From Syncephalis fuscata S228 (Eukaryota; Fungi; Zoopagomycota), in NCBI GenBank assembly GCA_025786725.1, contig JAHLTZ010000027.1, positions 124,001 to 188,000 of the forward strand: 64,000 bases of DNA, in the 5' to 3' direction. Every line of letters starts with the position of its first letter. Position 1 is the stretch's first letter. Below are positions 51,487 to 63,293 of this stretch, piece by piece. The position numbers were made by a program, and so were the translations under genes. The notes under the pieces were generated by a model. The model worked only from the letters and a program-made list of their open reading frames with translations, did not search any database and was not told where the DNA came from.

Positions 51487-53205
51487 ATACGGTCCTTTCC
51501 ACTATCAGAAGTCAGTATTTACCTGTAAATGTTCTGTGTTGATATGCCACTATATAGAGAACACTATATAAAAAATATTCATTGCTATCAAATAAATAAA
51601 ATAACTTTTTACAAAATAATACCTGATGTTCACGACTCAAATATAAACTTTCCCTGACCGCTCTGACCTTTTTCCTAATTTAATATAACATGCACAGTAT
51701 TACAAAAACTGCACAGGTATGCTGTCGCTATGTTTTAATATTGTGACGATTACGAGAGATTTTGTAATGAAACATGTCTGACATATATATACATAGTTTA
51801 CCATTACATTATTAGCCTTTATAATAAGCGTCGATTAATGCAATATTCAATAAACGATATGTTTTCCTGTCCAGAATTCATCCCCGCCTTATTTCGTAAA
51901 AAAATCTTTATTAAATATCACCCGTATTAACTAAACACCAATTACAGCAGATATTTACATTATAATGATTGTACACTTTCATAACACAATCAATATTATT
52001 TAATTTTAAATTTTATTCCTTATTTTACATTAACATGCATGTTTAAGTAACCTTTATGGTCTTTTTGTATCTACTGGCTACATCTAGGATCAATTCAAAC
52101 AGATGGTGCTGGTGTTTCTATATTGATGCAAAACAATGGTACCAGAAACGGATTCAAACCTGGCTATAATTCAAAAGGAATTAAAAAAAGACAGATATGA
52201 TATTTGTTTTAATACATTAACGACATGACAAAAATAATCTAAAATCAACTGCTAACAAGTGTTTATTACTTGATACCGAAAGAAAAGACTTGATGTATTG
52301 TGTGCATGAATCCAGCACCATTCAAGAGCCAATGATTTACAGATATACTTCAAATCAAAGACATTTTGATACCGAAGACAAGAAGTATTGCAAAATCAGA
52401 TTGGGATTGAAAGCAAAATATCCCGATGTTCAAAGAAAAGAATATTTATTCCCTCAATGTCAAACCAGATCTGCTAATTTATCTAATTTTGAAGAATACT
52501 TCGCCGTCCATGCTGTTGCCAGCCAACATCTTGCACTATATTACGTCTATCAGACAAATATAGATCCTATTAAACAAAATTGGTTGTTTAGAAAACTAAA
52601 GCTATTTTTGTACATTAGACGACAGAAAGCTGACCAAAAGCTTGTCAATAAGATTAAATCCAAGTTTGATAGTGATGTTACTTTGGTATTTGGTGACTGG
52701 TCTGCAAGTCATGTAAATTTTAAAAATCTATTTGAGGCGCTGGCTTGAAGTGTATACTTTAAAATAGTGGTTTTAACGTGCTCTAATTGATGAGTATAGC
52801 AGCTCTAAACCCGTTCCACTTGTCAAGCTCGAAGTTTAGAGACATTCGAAATAATCGACAATCCACGTCCGTATCAGCGTCGCAATAATCCAAAAGTAAA
52901 GTGTCATGGACTTCTAAGGTACTATAGTTTATAGACTGAATACAAATAAATATTTTATTCTAACATCCAGATTGTTTGTAGGCGCACAAACTAAAATTGT
53001 AAGAAAGCTCATGAAACTTTCATGGGTGCAAGATTGTGGAATTGTGGCTTGGCTGATGCTTTGAATTTCAAACATATTCTTGATAGTCTACGATTGAGCG
53101 GTGTTATACCGGATTGGTTTCAAAGAAGCTAATATTCCTTGGAGTTTATTGACTAGATAATATGTTAATTATTATGATCATTTTTAATGACGGTTACTGA
53201 TAATT
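51487..53205 (+). mobile_element. Non-autonomous, internally deleted transposon carrying the Fanzor relic (boundaries approximate)
   Basis: Begins just after the truncated S8 exon. Weak inverted match of tatcag..gtca (51503-51514) to tgac..ctgata (53188-53202). No transposase visible. Confidence 0.45.
52081..53132 (+). pseudogene. Decayed Fanzor1-type (eukaryotic TnpB-like RuvC) nuclease gene with one spliceosomal intron
   Basis: Ordered motifs: GSIQTDGAGVSIL; KCLLLDTERKDLMYCVHE (RuvC-I); YRYTSNQR; FRKLKL..YIRRQKAD; LVFGDWS; IDEYSSSK (RuvC-II); ..TC; NPRPY; CHGLLR / intron 52919-52981 / xTN*NC; RLWNCGLADALNF (RuvC-III, normally WNRD..AALN); IPDWFQR*. Several stops and frameshifts. Confidence 0.85.
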
Positions 53206-53309
53206 ATAATTAACTATTGTATTTAACATAGTGTATTTTCTGTACACCTCGTGTCATGCGTTAAGTTAAATAAAATGCATTTCTAAAATATTATTTTATT
53301 ATTGCATGC

Positions 53310-55394
53310 TTATGTTTCATCAGCTAAACGTCGGCGCATCAGCCAAATCAGATTTGGCATATTAATCCGCAATGGTAGGAGACGATTAAAACTATCACGC
53401 TGACGCATAAATATAATTATATCTTGCATATATTCCCGGGGTCGTTTTATGCCTATACCTGCAAGACCGCGTATTGAAGCAAACTCCTTAAATGCTTTTT
53501 GATGGAAATCTGGTGCTTCTGTCACTAGATGGGTGTACTTTTCGTAGTCCTCTGGTAATGTGTGTGATTCATTACGAGAATATCTACAAACTATCTTAGT
53601 ACTAGCGTTGCTATTTTGTACACATCACTACATACCTCCAATCCATTCGTTGTTGACTAAATCCGCTACCGCCGGTCATATGAGTCAAGACATCCATATG
53701 CATGTATACTGCTGATGATAAGTAAGAGTAATGGATAAAAAATACAAATAATACTTGCCATTTGTTTTATTGACTTCCATTCTATGTAATTTGGCCACAG
53801 CATACCACCAGGGTAGTTAAGACTCGATATATACAGCATGCCTGCTGTGCTATCAATGCAGCAAAAAGACAGACAACTACTGTACCGCACAATACACGAT
53901 ATTTCAAATGCTTCCATCGATTGTTAAATCTATTTGAATACTAGATAAATATTGTTTCTTATATTATAAATAACTTACAAACGTGCAAAGCCTACCGCTG
54001 CTGCAAGATTAACTATTGGCGTGATGTACATAACAAATCGCCACTCTTTGTGTCCAAGACCAGAGTAAAGGCAAACAAATATAAGCATAGGCCATAGATA
54101 GCGTCTTAGGCCAATAGATGACCAAGCTCCGTAGGCAACGAGCGGCAAAGCAACATGTAGAATACGAGGAATAAGCGTGGTAAAATATGCATGCCACGGC
54201 GATACCTAATAAACGTTAGTAGTCAACAAATAGCTATTAGAGTAACTTACGCCCCATTCAGAACTGCGCAAATCAATAGCATTAAACCAGAATACATCAA
54301 ACTCGGGCCATTTAGGAAACTTTTGCCAAAAGTATGAATCAATAACAACGGTGGTTGCTGATTAAAAATAATTAATTTCTATCATTACTGCGTATCGTTT
54401 ACTTACGAATTGCGTATAGTCCAGCCCATAGCCCGGATTGAACGGCCTTCAAAAATTGTAGTCGGCCACTGAATAGCTCAAACAAGGCCCATGGAACAAA
54501 CAAAGCGGCAAGCTCAGAGCGAAATAGCAGCCCTGCTACAAGAATAATACGTAACGCAGTGTAGATGCTATTTGGCCGTCCATTGGCGCCTTCAATCCAG
54601 TAGGCAAACGCCACCGTAACTAGTATTATACAATGAATATAATTTACCAACCAGTTAACTAATGCTACTCTTACCCATACTAAATGCAAATGTATTAGGA
54701 ATTGTACGACCAGCCCAAAATATAAGATGAAATTGCACAGCACAGATCAAAGCAAAAGCTATTGCTGTAGTATTTCCATATATTTTTTGCACAGTAAATC
54801 TAAAGCGGCTCAACGATAATATAGTTATCGCTGCTAATGCACAGCGTGCTAATTAATATATTTATATCATGATTAGTCTATAGTAGTAATATTTATCAAT
54901 TCCATCAATGACTCACCGATAATAAGAAAATAAACCTTTGGTACGACCGGATTAATCGAATGCCAAATAAGCTGCACAGGCTTGACAATAATATATAGCA
55001 CAATTGGCCCGATAAAGGTACGAGGTACTGGGCCAGGATAAGCTGTATGATTATACTATAAATAACAATACTCAGTAACTAAAGCCATACCGATTCCTTT
55101 GTGTACATTTACCTCATCTAAGTGAGTCCAGCCATAGTATAATAGGTCGTGTACAGCCTCGACGTTAAATTGCTCTTCTACTTTGGTAAATGGTGCAACA
55201 ACAACGTGGAAGCTTGCCAGAACAAATAATAAAAGGTCGAGCCAGTCAGGCGACCAGCTTGCACCCTGTCGCCAATACTCTGGCGTAAACACTCTATTGG
55301 CCTCGTTCTTCTGTGTCTTCAGCTTGTGTGGTCGCGATTTCATTTGTATTCGCTGTTGGTGTTGCTGACTAGGTGCATGATGAGGCGTTTGCAT
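53310..55394 (-). CDS. ALG12: Dol-P-Man alpha-1,6-mannosyltransferase Alg12 (GT22)
   Basis: APFTKVEEQFNVEAVHDLL, YPGPVPRTFIGP, QFHLIFWAGRTIPNTFA, FRSEL, IDSYFWQ..WPE, LGHKEWRFVMY and SSLNYPGG across about 7 exons. Confidence 0.93.
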
Positions 55395-55835
55395 TGTATA
55401 ATAAAACTTGGTATACTAAAAGAGAATAATAGGTTGGCCAAGAGGCGGTTCTTAATAGTATCGACACGTTTCAAATGACAGTTCTGTTAACCAGCAATAT
55501 TGTCTTATTTGTCAAATTAATATAGATGTAATAGAATAGTGTATTAAATGTCATGGCCAATTAGAAAATATATTAATTATATTAATTAACTTGTAAATAA
55601 TTCGTTATTTGTATTCATATTTAAATAATAATAATAATGCATTTTATTGCTTAGATACTTCACGTATAATACATCGTATTGAGGTATACTGTCACATAAT
55701 TAGACGCAAATAGAATCGCAAATTATACATGACAGCACCTTTCAAAAATGTCACTTTAGATAATACAGCTGCGTCACCAACATCGTGGAATTATTGGCGG
55801 CAAATAAAAAAATAGTCTTAATTTTAGCAAATAAT

Positions 55836-57634
55836 CTATTCCAACGAGTTTTCTGACTTCACATCATCTACTGCGATAGGCTCAGCAGTGCTTTCTGCGC
55901 TTAGACGCTCTTCGAGTCGTTGTATTCGCGTGAGCAAAGCTTTGATGACGGCTGCTGCATCATTTTCGGTATTATTAGCACCGCCAAGCAGTGTGGCCAG
56001 TGTATTGGATACACGTTCTTGCACAAGTGCTTCAAGACCGCCAGCCTGATCCACTTGCTCAGCCAATACTTCTAAACGTTGTTGGCGTGGAGAAGATTCA
56101 ACTGAGCGCGATGGCGACTCAAAAGCACGCTCATACATCGTTTCCATCATCGACATAAAGCGACGACGTCCTTCTTCCGACTCAACACGATGGTCAAGCA
56201 TTGGTACATCGTATGCCACCGGTCCAGAAGGTGCAACTTCAGCATGTGCTACAAGCTGTGGATTTAATGATCCGCGGCGTGGATGTGTTTCTGTACGTGG
56301 CGATGAAGCCACCTGCATGACAGCAACCATACCGCCATCGGCAGGCGGTACTGTGGCACTCATGGGTGGTCTGCGGTAGCGAGAGGCCTCTGGACCCACC
56401 GGTGTACGTGGAGTTAGCTTTGCCTTGGGAGGAAGCGGGCCAGCTGCTGTGCGCATGGCAACTACAGATGAGCGTAGACCGGTATTTGCATAGGACGTCG
56501 TTGTGGGACCGGCTGAAGCAACAGTAACTGGAATACTGACCAATTCACCGCCAGTACCTGGTGGTCGTGGACTTACAAGAATGCTTTGGCCTTCGGCATA
56601 GGCTGGTGCATGCACAGTCAAGTTAAGACGGTTACGACCGGATATGCCACTGCTAGGCAATGGATTGCGGAAACTAGCTTGTTGTGGCGATTGAAGTGCA
56701 TAGTTTGGATTACCATGAACAGGTCCAGATGAGGCCATTATAATTGTACCATTAGACACGTTTGGCATAGAGTTTGGCGTATGTGGTGGATGATGATGAA
56801 TGATTTGACCGTGCTGCTGTGGGTGTGCGTGCGGATGATGCATGTGCGACACAGGATGAGGATGTGAATGAGGCTGATGCATCGGATGGTTTGGATAGCC
56901 TCCGTTAGGATGATGTGGTGTATGTGGATGCGGATGGCCACGCGAATGAGAGCTGGCCATAACTGTTGATGTAGTATGGCTGCTACGAGAAAAATGAATA
57001 GGAGCGGCTGTAGCAATAGTACCCGGTGTTTGAGGGAATACCGATGAGGTAGTTGACGATGGGTAGTTGTAGGGTAAACGAGTCCTTTTAACATACGGAG
57101 CCATATCGTGACTTGGCTTGTGCGTTGTTTCAGCACTTGTTGAAGGCGGTGGATTTTCGGTAGGTGAGGCGTGTCGGGAATTAGATCTAGGCGGAGTTGG
57201 ACGTAAGCTATATTACAATCAATCAACCAATCAATCAATTAATTAATAATGAGAAATATCCGCATATTAATTTAATAATAAAAAGCGACTTACCCAGCAT
57301 CGTGACCTTTGTTTGATTTGGACGCACCTTCTGCAAGCATACCATTTACAGACATACGCCCAACAGTTGGTGCAGGTGGCGACGCGGTTTTTGAATAAGA
57401 CGATGGAGATCGCTCATGCAATGGAATATCTTCCGCGTCATTATTATCCGAAGCGGATGATGCCTTTCCTGGCGAGTTGGGCGAGCTTAGCCCATTGCTT
57501 GGCGGCATGGCCACATTGCTATCGGAAAGGCGCTTACGCTTTAATAGCGGAATATTATCGCCTTCATTAGATGGTTGCGGACTATGCGAAGTAGCATGTG
57601 GTTGGGTCATTCTGAATGCAACTAGAGTAGACAT
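55836..57634 (-). CDS. Hypothetical, probably nuclear low-complexity protein (His/Pro-rich tract, C-terminal coiled coil), 2 exons
   Basis: ATG at 57634 with NLS-like LKRKRLS. A GT-AG intron at about 57208-57293 joins the first exon to ORF 55836..57104. HPHPH repeats and C-terminal LLTRIQRLEERL. Confidence 0.72.
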
Positions 57635-59831
57635 GAAGAAATCAAAACAATTAGTTTAGATGGAATGAGAAACTAATAATCAAAAAAAGTACGTCCGGCG
57701 TACGATCACACGCGCGTAAGTAGCGATAAACGGTAGAACAAAGAAGTTGAATAAGGTAAATACTATACGGCATGCACGGCACGTCAAGCGTAATAGTATT
57801 CAATGATTAAATCAAGCAACAATGCAAGTCGAATTAAAAGAGCAGAAATAGGACAATGAATCAAATCAAGCGCTGTTTAACTGTATATAAGCTATTCAAG
57901 CAAGCCGGTGTAGTGATTTAAAATCGCCTCCCTGGTACACATGTTACAAGAAGACGCCCGATTAAAAATAGAAATTAACGGGGTAGATTGATACAGTGTC
58001 TGGCACATGTACCAATGTATTATGCGAAGTAGCCAAGTCAACTGCAAGCAGTCAATGACAGGGAAGAAAGAAAGAAGCATCGGGCAGCTAGATAAAGACA
58101 GAGAAAAAGGCGAGCCGTTTCAGCAATAGCCTATCAACCGCCGTCAATAATAAAATACAGACTAGCCCCTTTTCATTTCATGAATAGCCATAAAGTAAAA
58201 AGGTGAACAATGAAATTCAAAGGAATAGGATGCAGAATAACAAATTGATAACAATTAAACGATCGAATTTATCTTTGTTATTCGCTATTCGTATTGTGAT
58301 TGTTCTTTTAAGGCTGATAATAAATATTAATTGATTAATAATTAATAGCTATCCTTATTACCAACAATAGCAACATTACAATGATTACTATTATCCACAA
58401 TTATATAAATCATCATTATTTTTAGACTATATAGTGTAGTACATTGCAGTACAATTCTGTTGTGCCTATGTGGTATTTAAATGTACGTGCGCCTAACAAT
58501 ATCATTGATCGAATAGTACGTCGCATCGGCATTAACACAAAGGAGATTATTGTTTCAAAACGAACAACAACAAATATTCAAATACAAAACACCCAGTTAG
58601 TGTCACGTTACTTACCAATACCAAATGTATTTTCTATTGAGCGTCACGTCAACTTATTAACTATACTATGACTATTGTGTATCAAATCGATAGAGGGAAA
58701 GAGAGAGAGAAATAGCGATGTAGTATTTGTAGGCCTATGTTACTGGACGAAGCGACAAAGCGCAAGAATTAGCAATTACAGTGCTTGATCTCTTAAGCAG
58801 TATGAAACGAAAAGAATGCAGAGTTTCAGAAAGTAATAAGAGTTAAGAGTTGTAGGATAATATCCAACGAGATTGAGCAAAGAAGTAGGCGTGTACAACA
58901 ACGTAGACAATAGTATTTTCAAACTATAAGAGGGATGAGCAGCGAAAAAAAACATCTAAGTCGTTGTAGAAAATGCATATCATTTTAACCAACCAAATGG
59001 CTGCCCGTCGCAGCCCGCATGCCACTTTTCTTTCTAACACCTCTTTTTTCTCTCTCTAAACGCCATCCAATTCCCGTGTCATTAATCTATTGTCTTTCCA
59101 GGAAGACGAAATGCTGAAGGGGAAAACATGAAACGTTAGTGTAACCGCTTCATTCTTAGTCTCATGCTCCGCATCACTATCGTTTTACCATTGCGCCTCC
59201 CTTCAATGTGTTGTGTCGTGTGAAGGTGGCCTGAATCGGAACACGCGGCTGCCTAATGCGTTCCAAGTTCCGACATTGGACCTGTGGCTCCGTCTGCAGC
59301 TGCCATAATAAGTACGAGTGAAAACAAGTTACCGCTATAGGTGATCCTGTCTGCCACCAACACGATAGGCTGCTGTGTCAAGGGCTGAGTTATTGCTTAA
59401 TGAATAAAGCGGAGCTACTACCGTTAATAGCACAGTCAAATAAAAGTGGGAAATCATGTTTAGCAGCGCCGCTTTTAGCGGTTCTATTTTTGTAATTATC
59501 TATAGACGTCAATAAACTAGCAGTACTATGGCCAATTGGGTAGTTTTGCCAGTTCCGATTATCTGTGCAAAAGATGAGTCGTGAAACGTAGAGTACAGTT
59601 TAGATACTATTTGCATTATAGTCTGGTGTTTAGATTGTATATACGCCTTGTTTAGGTCCTGATGATTGGTACTTGTTGGCTGGTTTGTCCGTCTTGGACG
59701 CGAATATCACTTGCATGATTTGAAACACGCGCACGTGAACACAGCAGATACAGTTCGCTATTGGATCAGCAACTTTGTTGACCAAGGCCATTGGTCCTTT
59801 ACAAGTAAGTGATGTGCAACTGGATTATGTC

Positions 59832-59859
59832 GACTGACTGACTGACTGACTGACTGACT
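59832..59859. repeat. (GACT)7 tetranucleotide microsatellite
   Basis: gactgactgactgactgactgactgact. Confidence 0.92.
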
Positions 59860-60789
59860 AACTGGCTGCTAATGTTGCGGTCAGTCTATGCTTGTTTATA
59901 ATCCGGTAACTGCAACATCCATGATGCGCTATTATTTCAATGAGCACATGGAGTATGGCATGCTGTAATATTGTCCTAACAAGACTTGCTATTCAATTAT
60001 ATACTTTGCTACAAATGTTGGTTATTTGCTATTATAGTACAATTACAGATTTCATCAAGATTTAATTATAATAATAGAAATAAAAATAATAAAAATAGTA
60101 ATAGTAGCAATAGCAAGCGATAATAATAATATTTTACTAATAGCAATAATAAATAATGCTGGAATTTAAAATCATTGCTTGATAATATTTTCATTAGATG
60201 TTCAATCAACCAATAATAATTACACATCATTTATCAATCCATTTAAAGATACTTATCAAATGACTAGCATATGATCCATCACAGCAATTAAGAATAATAG
60301 TAAGTATTTTTAATAAAATAGATTTATTACAGCATATAATCCAATGTTACAGTTATGCTCTTATGATATTGTAACTAAGAAATGCATTATTCGTTTTAGT
60401 TCCATCTTACTGATATTTAATATTATACAAGCCATTCAGTTTATTAGCAAAACAGCATTAAACAATCAATATCATGTATTCTGAGTGTTAAAATAAGTTC
60501 CAGTAAACATCAAACTAACAATATATGATACTGCCAGGATAAAATACTACTTGATCATTTAAGCGACGTTTTTAAAAATCAAAACTGTAGCAATACAATA
60601 AAAGGAATATAAATAGTTATGTCAAAGTTATAGTGCATATAACTTAATGGGTGGAGTAAGCAAGGTGTGCTGGAACGTATAAACAGCGGAATGTGTCTAG
60701 TATGTCGTAAAATATTATAAATAAATAAATAATATATGCATATTGAATAATAAATCTATAATGAAGGGTATTTTAAACTTTATTATTAT

Positions 60790-61186
60790 TCAGCATTCAA
60801 CATTTTGTTCAATAAATTGAGTGTTATTAAAATAGTCATTTGACCTTCAAATACAATAAATTATTAATAGATTTTAGCAAATAATATTAGTTATGAAGCA
60901 GTATATTTTTTAACGTTATAAAACACGGCGATAAATAGCCAATTGTCGCATCTATGCATTAATATAGCAGCACGGTGCTGTTATAGTTGCAATTAACATA
61001 GTACCGACCATAGACTGAATTGAATTGCACCTATGGACGGTACTGTGTGCTAAGCATTGGCATTAGTGTTAAGCATAACTATTGCTGCTAGCGTGTTAAT
61101 AGTTTAGTACTATTTTGAGTCAAATGACTATTTTTAATAGCATTTGCATAATTAAACTAGACATTCAATTTATTAAATATGCTGAT
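60790..61186. mobile_element. MITE-like/foldback element with long degenerate inverted arms
   Basis: aaaatagtcatttgac (60829-60844) is the exact reverse complement of gtcaaatgactatttt (61119-61134). Imperfect pairing extends inward (tagttatg/cataacta) and outward (aataaattga/tcaatttatt, tcagcat/atgctga). No ORF. Confidence 0.6.
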
Positions 61187-62166
61187 GATGATGCTGATGA
61201 TGATGATGATGGTAGTGATTTATATTGGTAATTAAGCTAGAGGCAAATGGGCAACAGTTATGAATTATAGAATAATAATTTTTGCAAAAAACATTAACCA
61301 AAAATGTAATTTATGTTTAATTTGGTAACGAAAAAGTAATATTAAGGTAAATTTTGATATAAAGTAAATTTAAAGCGCTCTATAGTGCTAAAACAAGTAT
61401 AATAAAAAGCAAATATGCAGAAATACCAATGCATAGTGGTGACTTATGCTATACATATAGCATAAAATAGTATGTTATTAGGCCATTTACTGCATTTTAC
61501 GTTAATTTACAAACCATTGACATAAATTAATGGCTGATAGCATTATACATGATTGTAATACAGATGAGGTAAATGCATGAATAATTTTTTGTCTCCATCT
61601 TTAATTGCTGCATTGTAATATAGTATTAAAATGTAAACTAGTACCTACTTGGATATAAGTTGCATGCTCATAGTTGTCTTATGTTTACGCTAAAACATGC
61701 TTATTATATATCTGTATGCAAACTATTATGGCTATACACGTGGAATTGATCGTTAATTGAGATCAACATAAAACATTTTATGTTGATAAATTACTTTTTA
61801 TTTTAGTTAAGCAATCGCGTTATGCAATATTTAACAATAGTTTAAATCTAAAGCAATAAACACTAATGCTACAAGCTTATACTAATATATCGGAATTTCT
61901 ATGTTGTATCGTATTTAATAACTGTCTATATTAAAATAAGCAATAATCATGCTTTAAATGTACTATTTTGTATCTACTTCAATAAACTATTTTATCTAAG
62001 CCAATGCTAACTGAACCGCAATCAATCATTATTCAGCTGACTATATATTTTATAACAATCAGCAATTGTTTTTAAAATGCCATAAAATTCAACGTTTTAT
62101 CTTTTTTTATATTTGTATCACTAGATTACTTGTCTCAAATTCTACTTTGGGCAATATATATAGACA

Positions 62167-63293
62167 AAGAAACGCTACTTTAATATAATCAAAACTAGTA
62201 TTTTTACTATTGCTGCTGCTTGTGTAGTCACGACGTTGTCTAATATACCAACAATTAGTGCCATGAGGGGTGAGCTTGGAAGTAAGTCACATACTAAAAT
62301 TATTACTAGAACTAATACAGGTACGCACTTGACAGGTAATGTCGAACGGAGCTGGTAGACCATATTTAGATGATTGAGCAAGCGGAAGTAACATGGGTTG
62401 ATGGCAAAAGTTGGGTGGAGTACTGCAGTTTCAAAATAAGCTTTAGTTATACACAATGGAAATGAGTCAGCGCTTTTATTAAATGTGTAGCTAGTAGAAG
62501 TGCAGGTATAGACGAGGCTGTAGCCTTTGATGTAAGCATGCAATTGGTGCAGACATGATGTTTTACTTACATAATGGTTAGATTTGTATGGACTTGAAGA
62601 TAACGAAAAATACAATAAATATTTTATCAAGTAATGCAGGGTAAGTATTTATTGCATTTGAATAACAAAATATTAATTGTTATAGTTGAATGTAGGCATA
62701 TTATATTTACATCATGCTGATATTATACATACCGACATAATTGCCAAAAGCAAGTTGTAAAATGTTTGAAAATGGTACATTAGCTAGTTGGCTTTGATAT
62801 TATCGTTAGTGTCGATTCTAAAACCAGAAAGGTACGGGCAACCGTTGTCGGCTACGATTGTCTCGAATTTTTGTACAGTAGCGTAAAGTACGCTTTAAAA
62901 TTAGCACTAGACACAACTCTTGATAAGATCACTCTTGAAATGGACTTACGCTATTGTAACGATGCTAATAATACTTTTGGTAAAACGATTTACCTTGTGA
63001 TTCCAGGATTATTCTATGATGGCGATTCTTTCACTGCAAATAGAACGTCGTTTATTGCGCTATACTACAACTTGAATGCAGTATTAAAAGATCAACCAAT
63101 TCAACCCAATAATTACTATATAGATGAGGAGTACAGGGCGCCACAATATTCTGCCAATAAGGATAAATCATATGTAGAAGCACTACTACCTCTCGCAGAA
63201 ATTGCAATAAATTTATACGAACGTTCTTATCCAATCTGCGCAATTCCGAATAAGATTTTAAATTTAGTGGAGCTACTAGCGCTTAAAAAATAA
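62167..63293 (+). pseudogene. Degenerate secreted protein-kinase-like gene
   Basis: Signal-peptide-like (K)KRYFNIIKTSIFTIAAACVVTTLSNIPTISA with AAG in place of ATG. AFIKC (beta3 Lys), GIDEAVAF (alphaC Glu), VGILYLHHADIIHTDI (catalytic loop), ATVVGYD (DFG region) and EYRAPQ (APE region). In-frame TAG/TGA stops. Confidence 0.6.

Noticed and set aside
62175-62630. 151-aa minus-strand ORF
   Set aside because: Antisense to the kinase-like pseudogene, whose plus strand carries the recognisable motifs and splice sites
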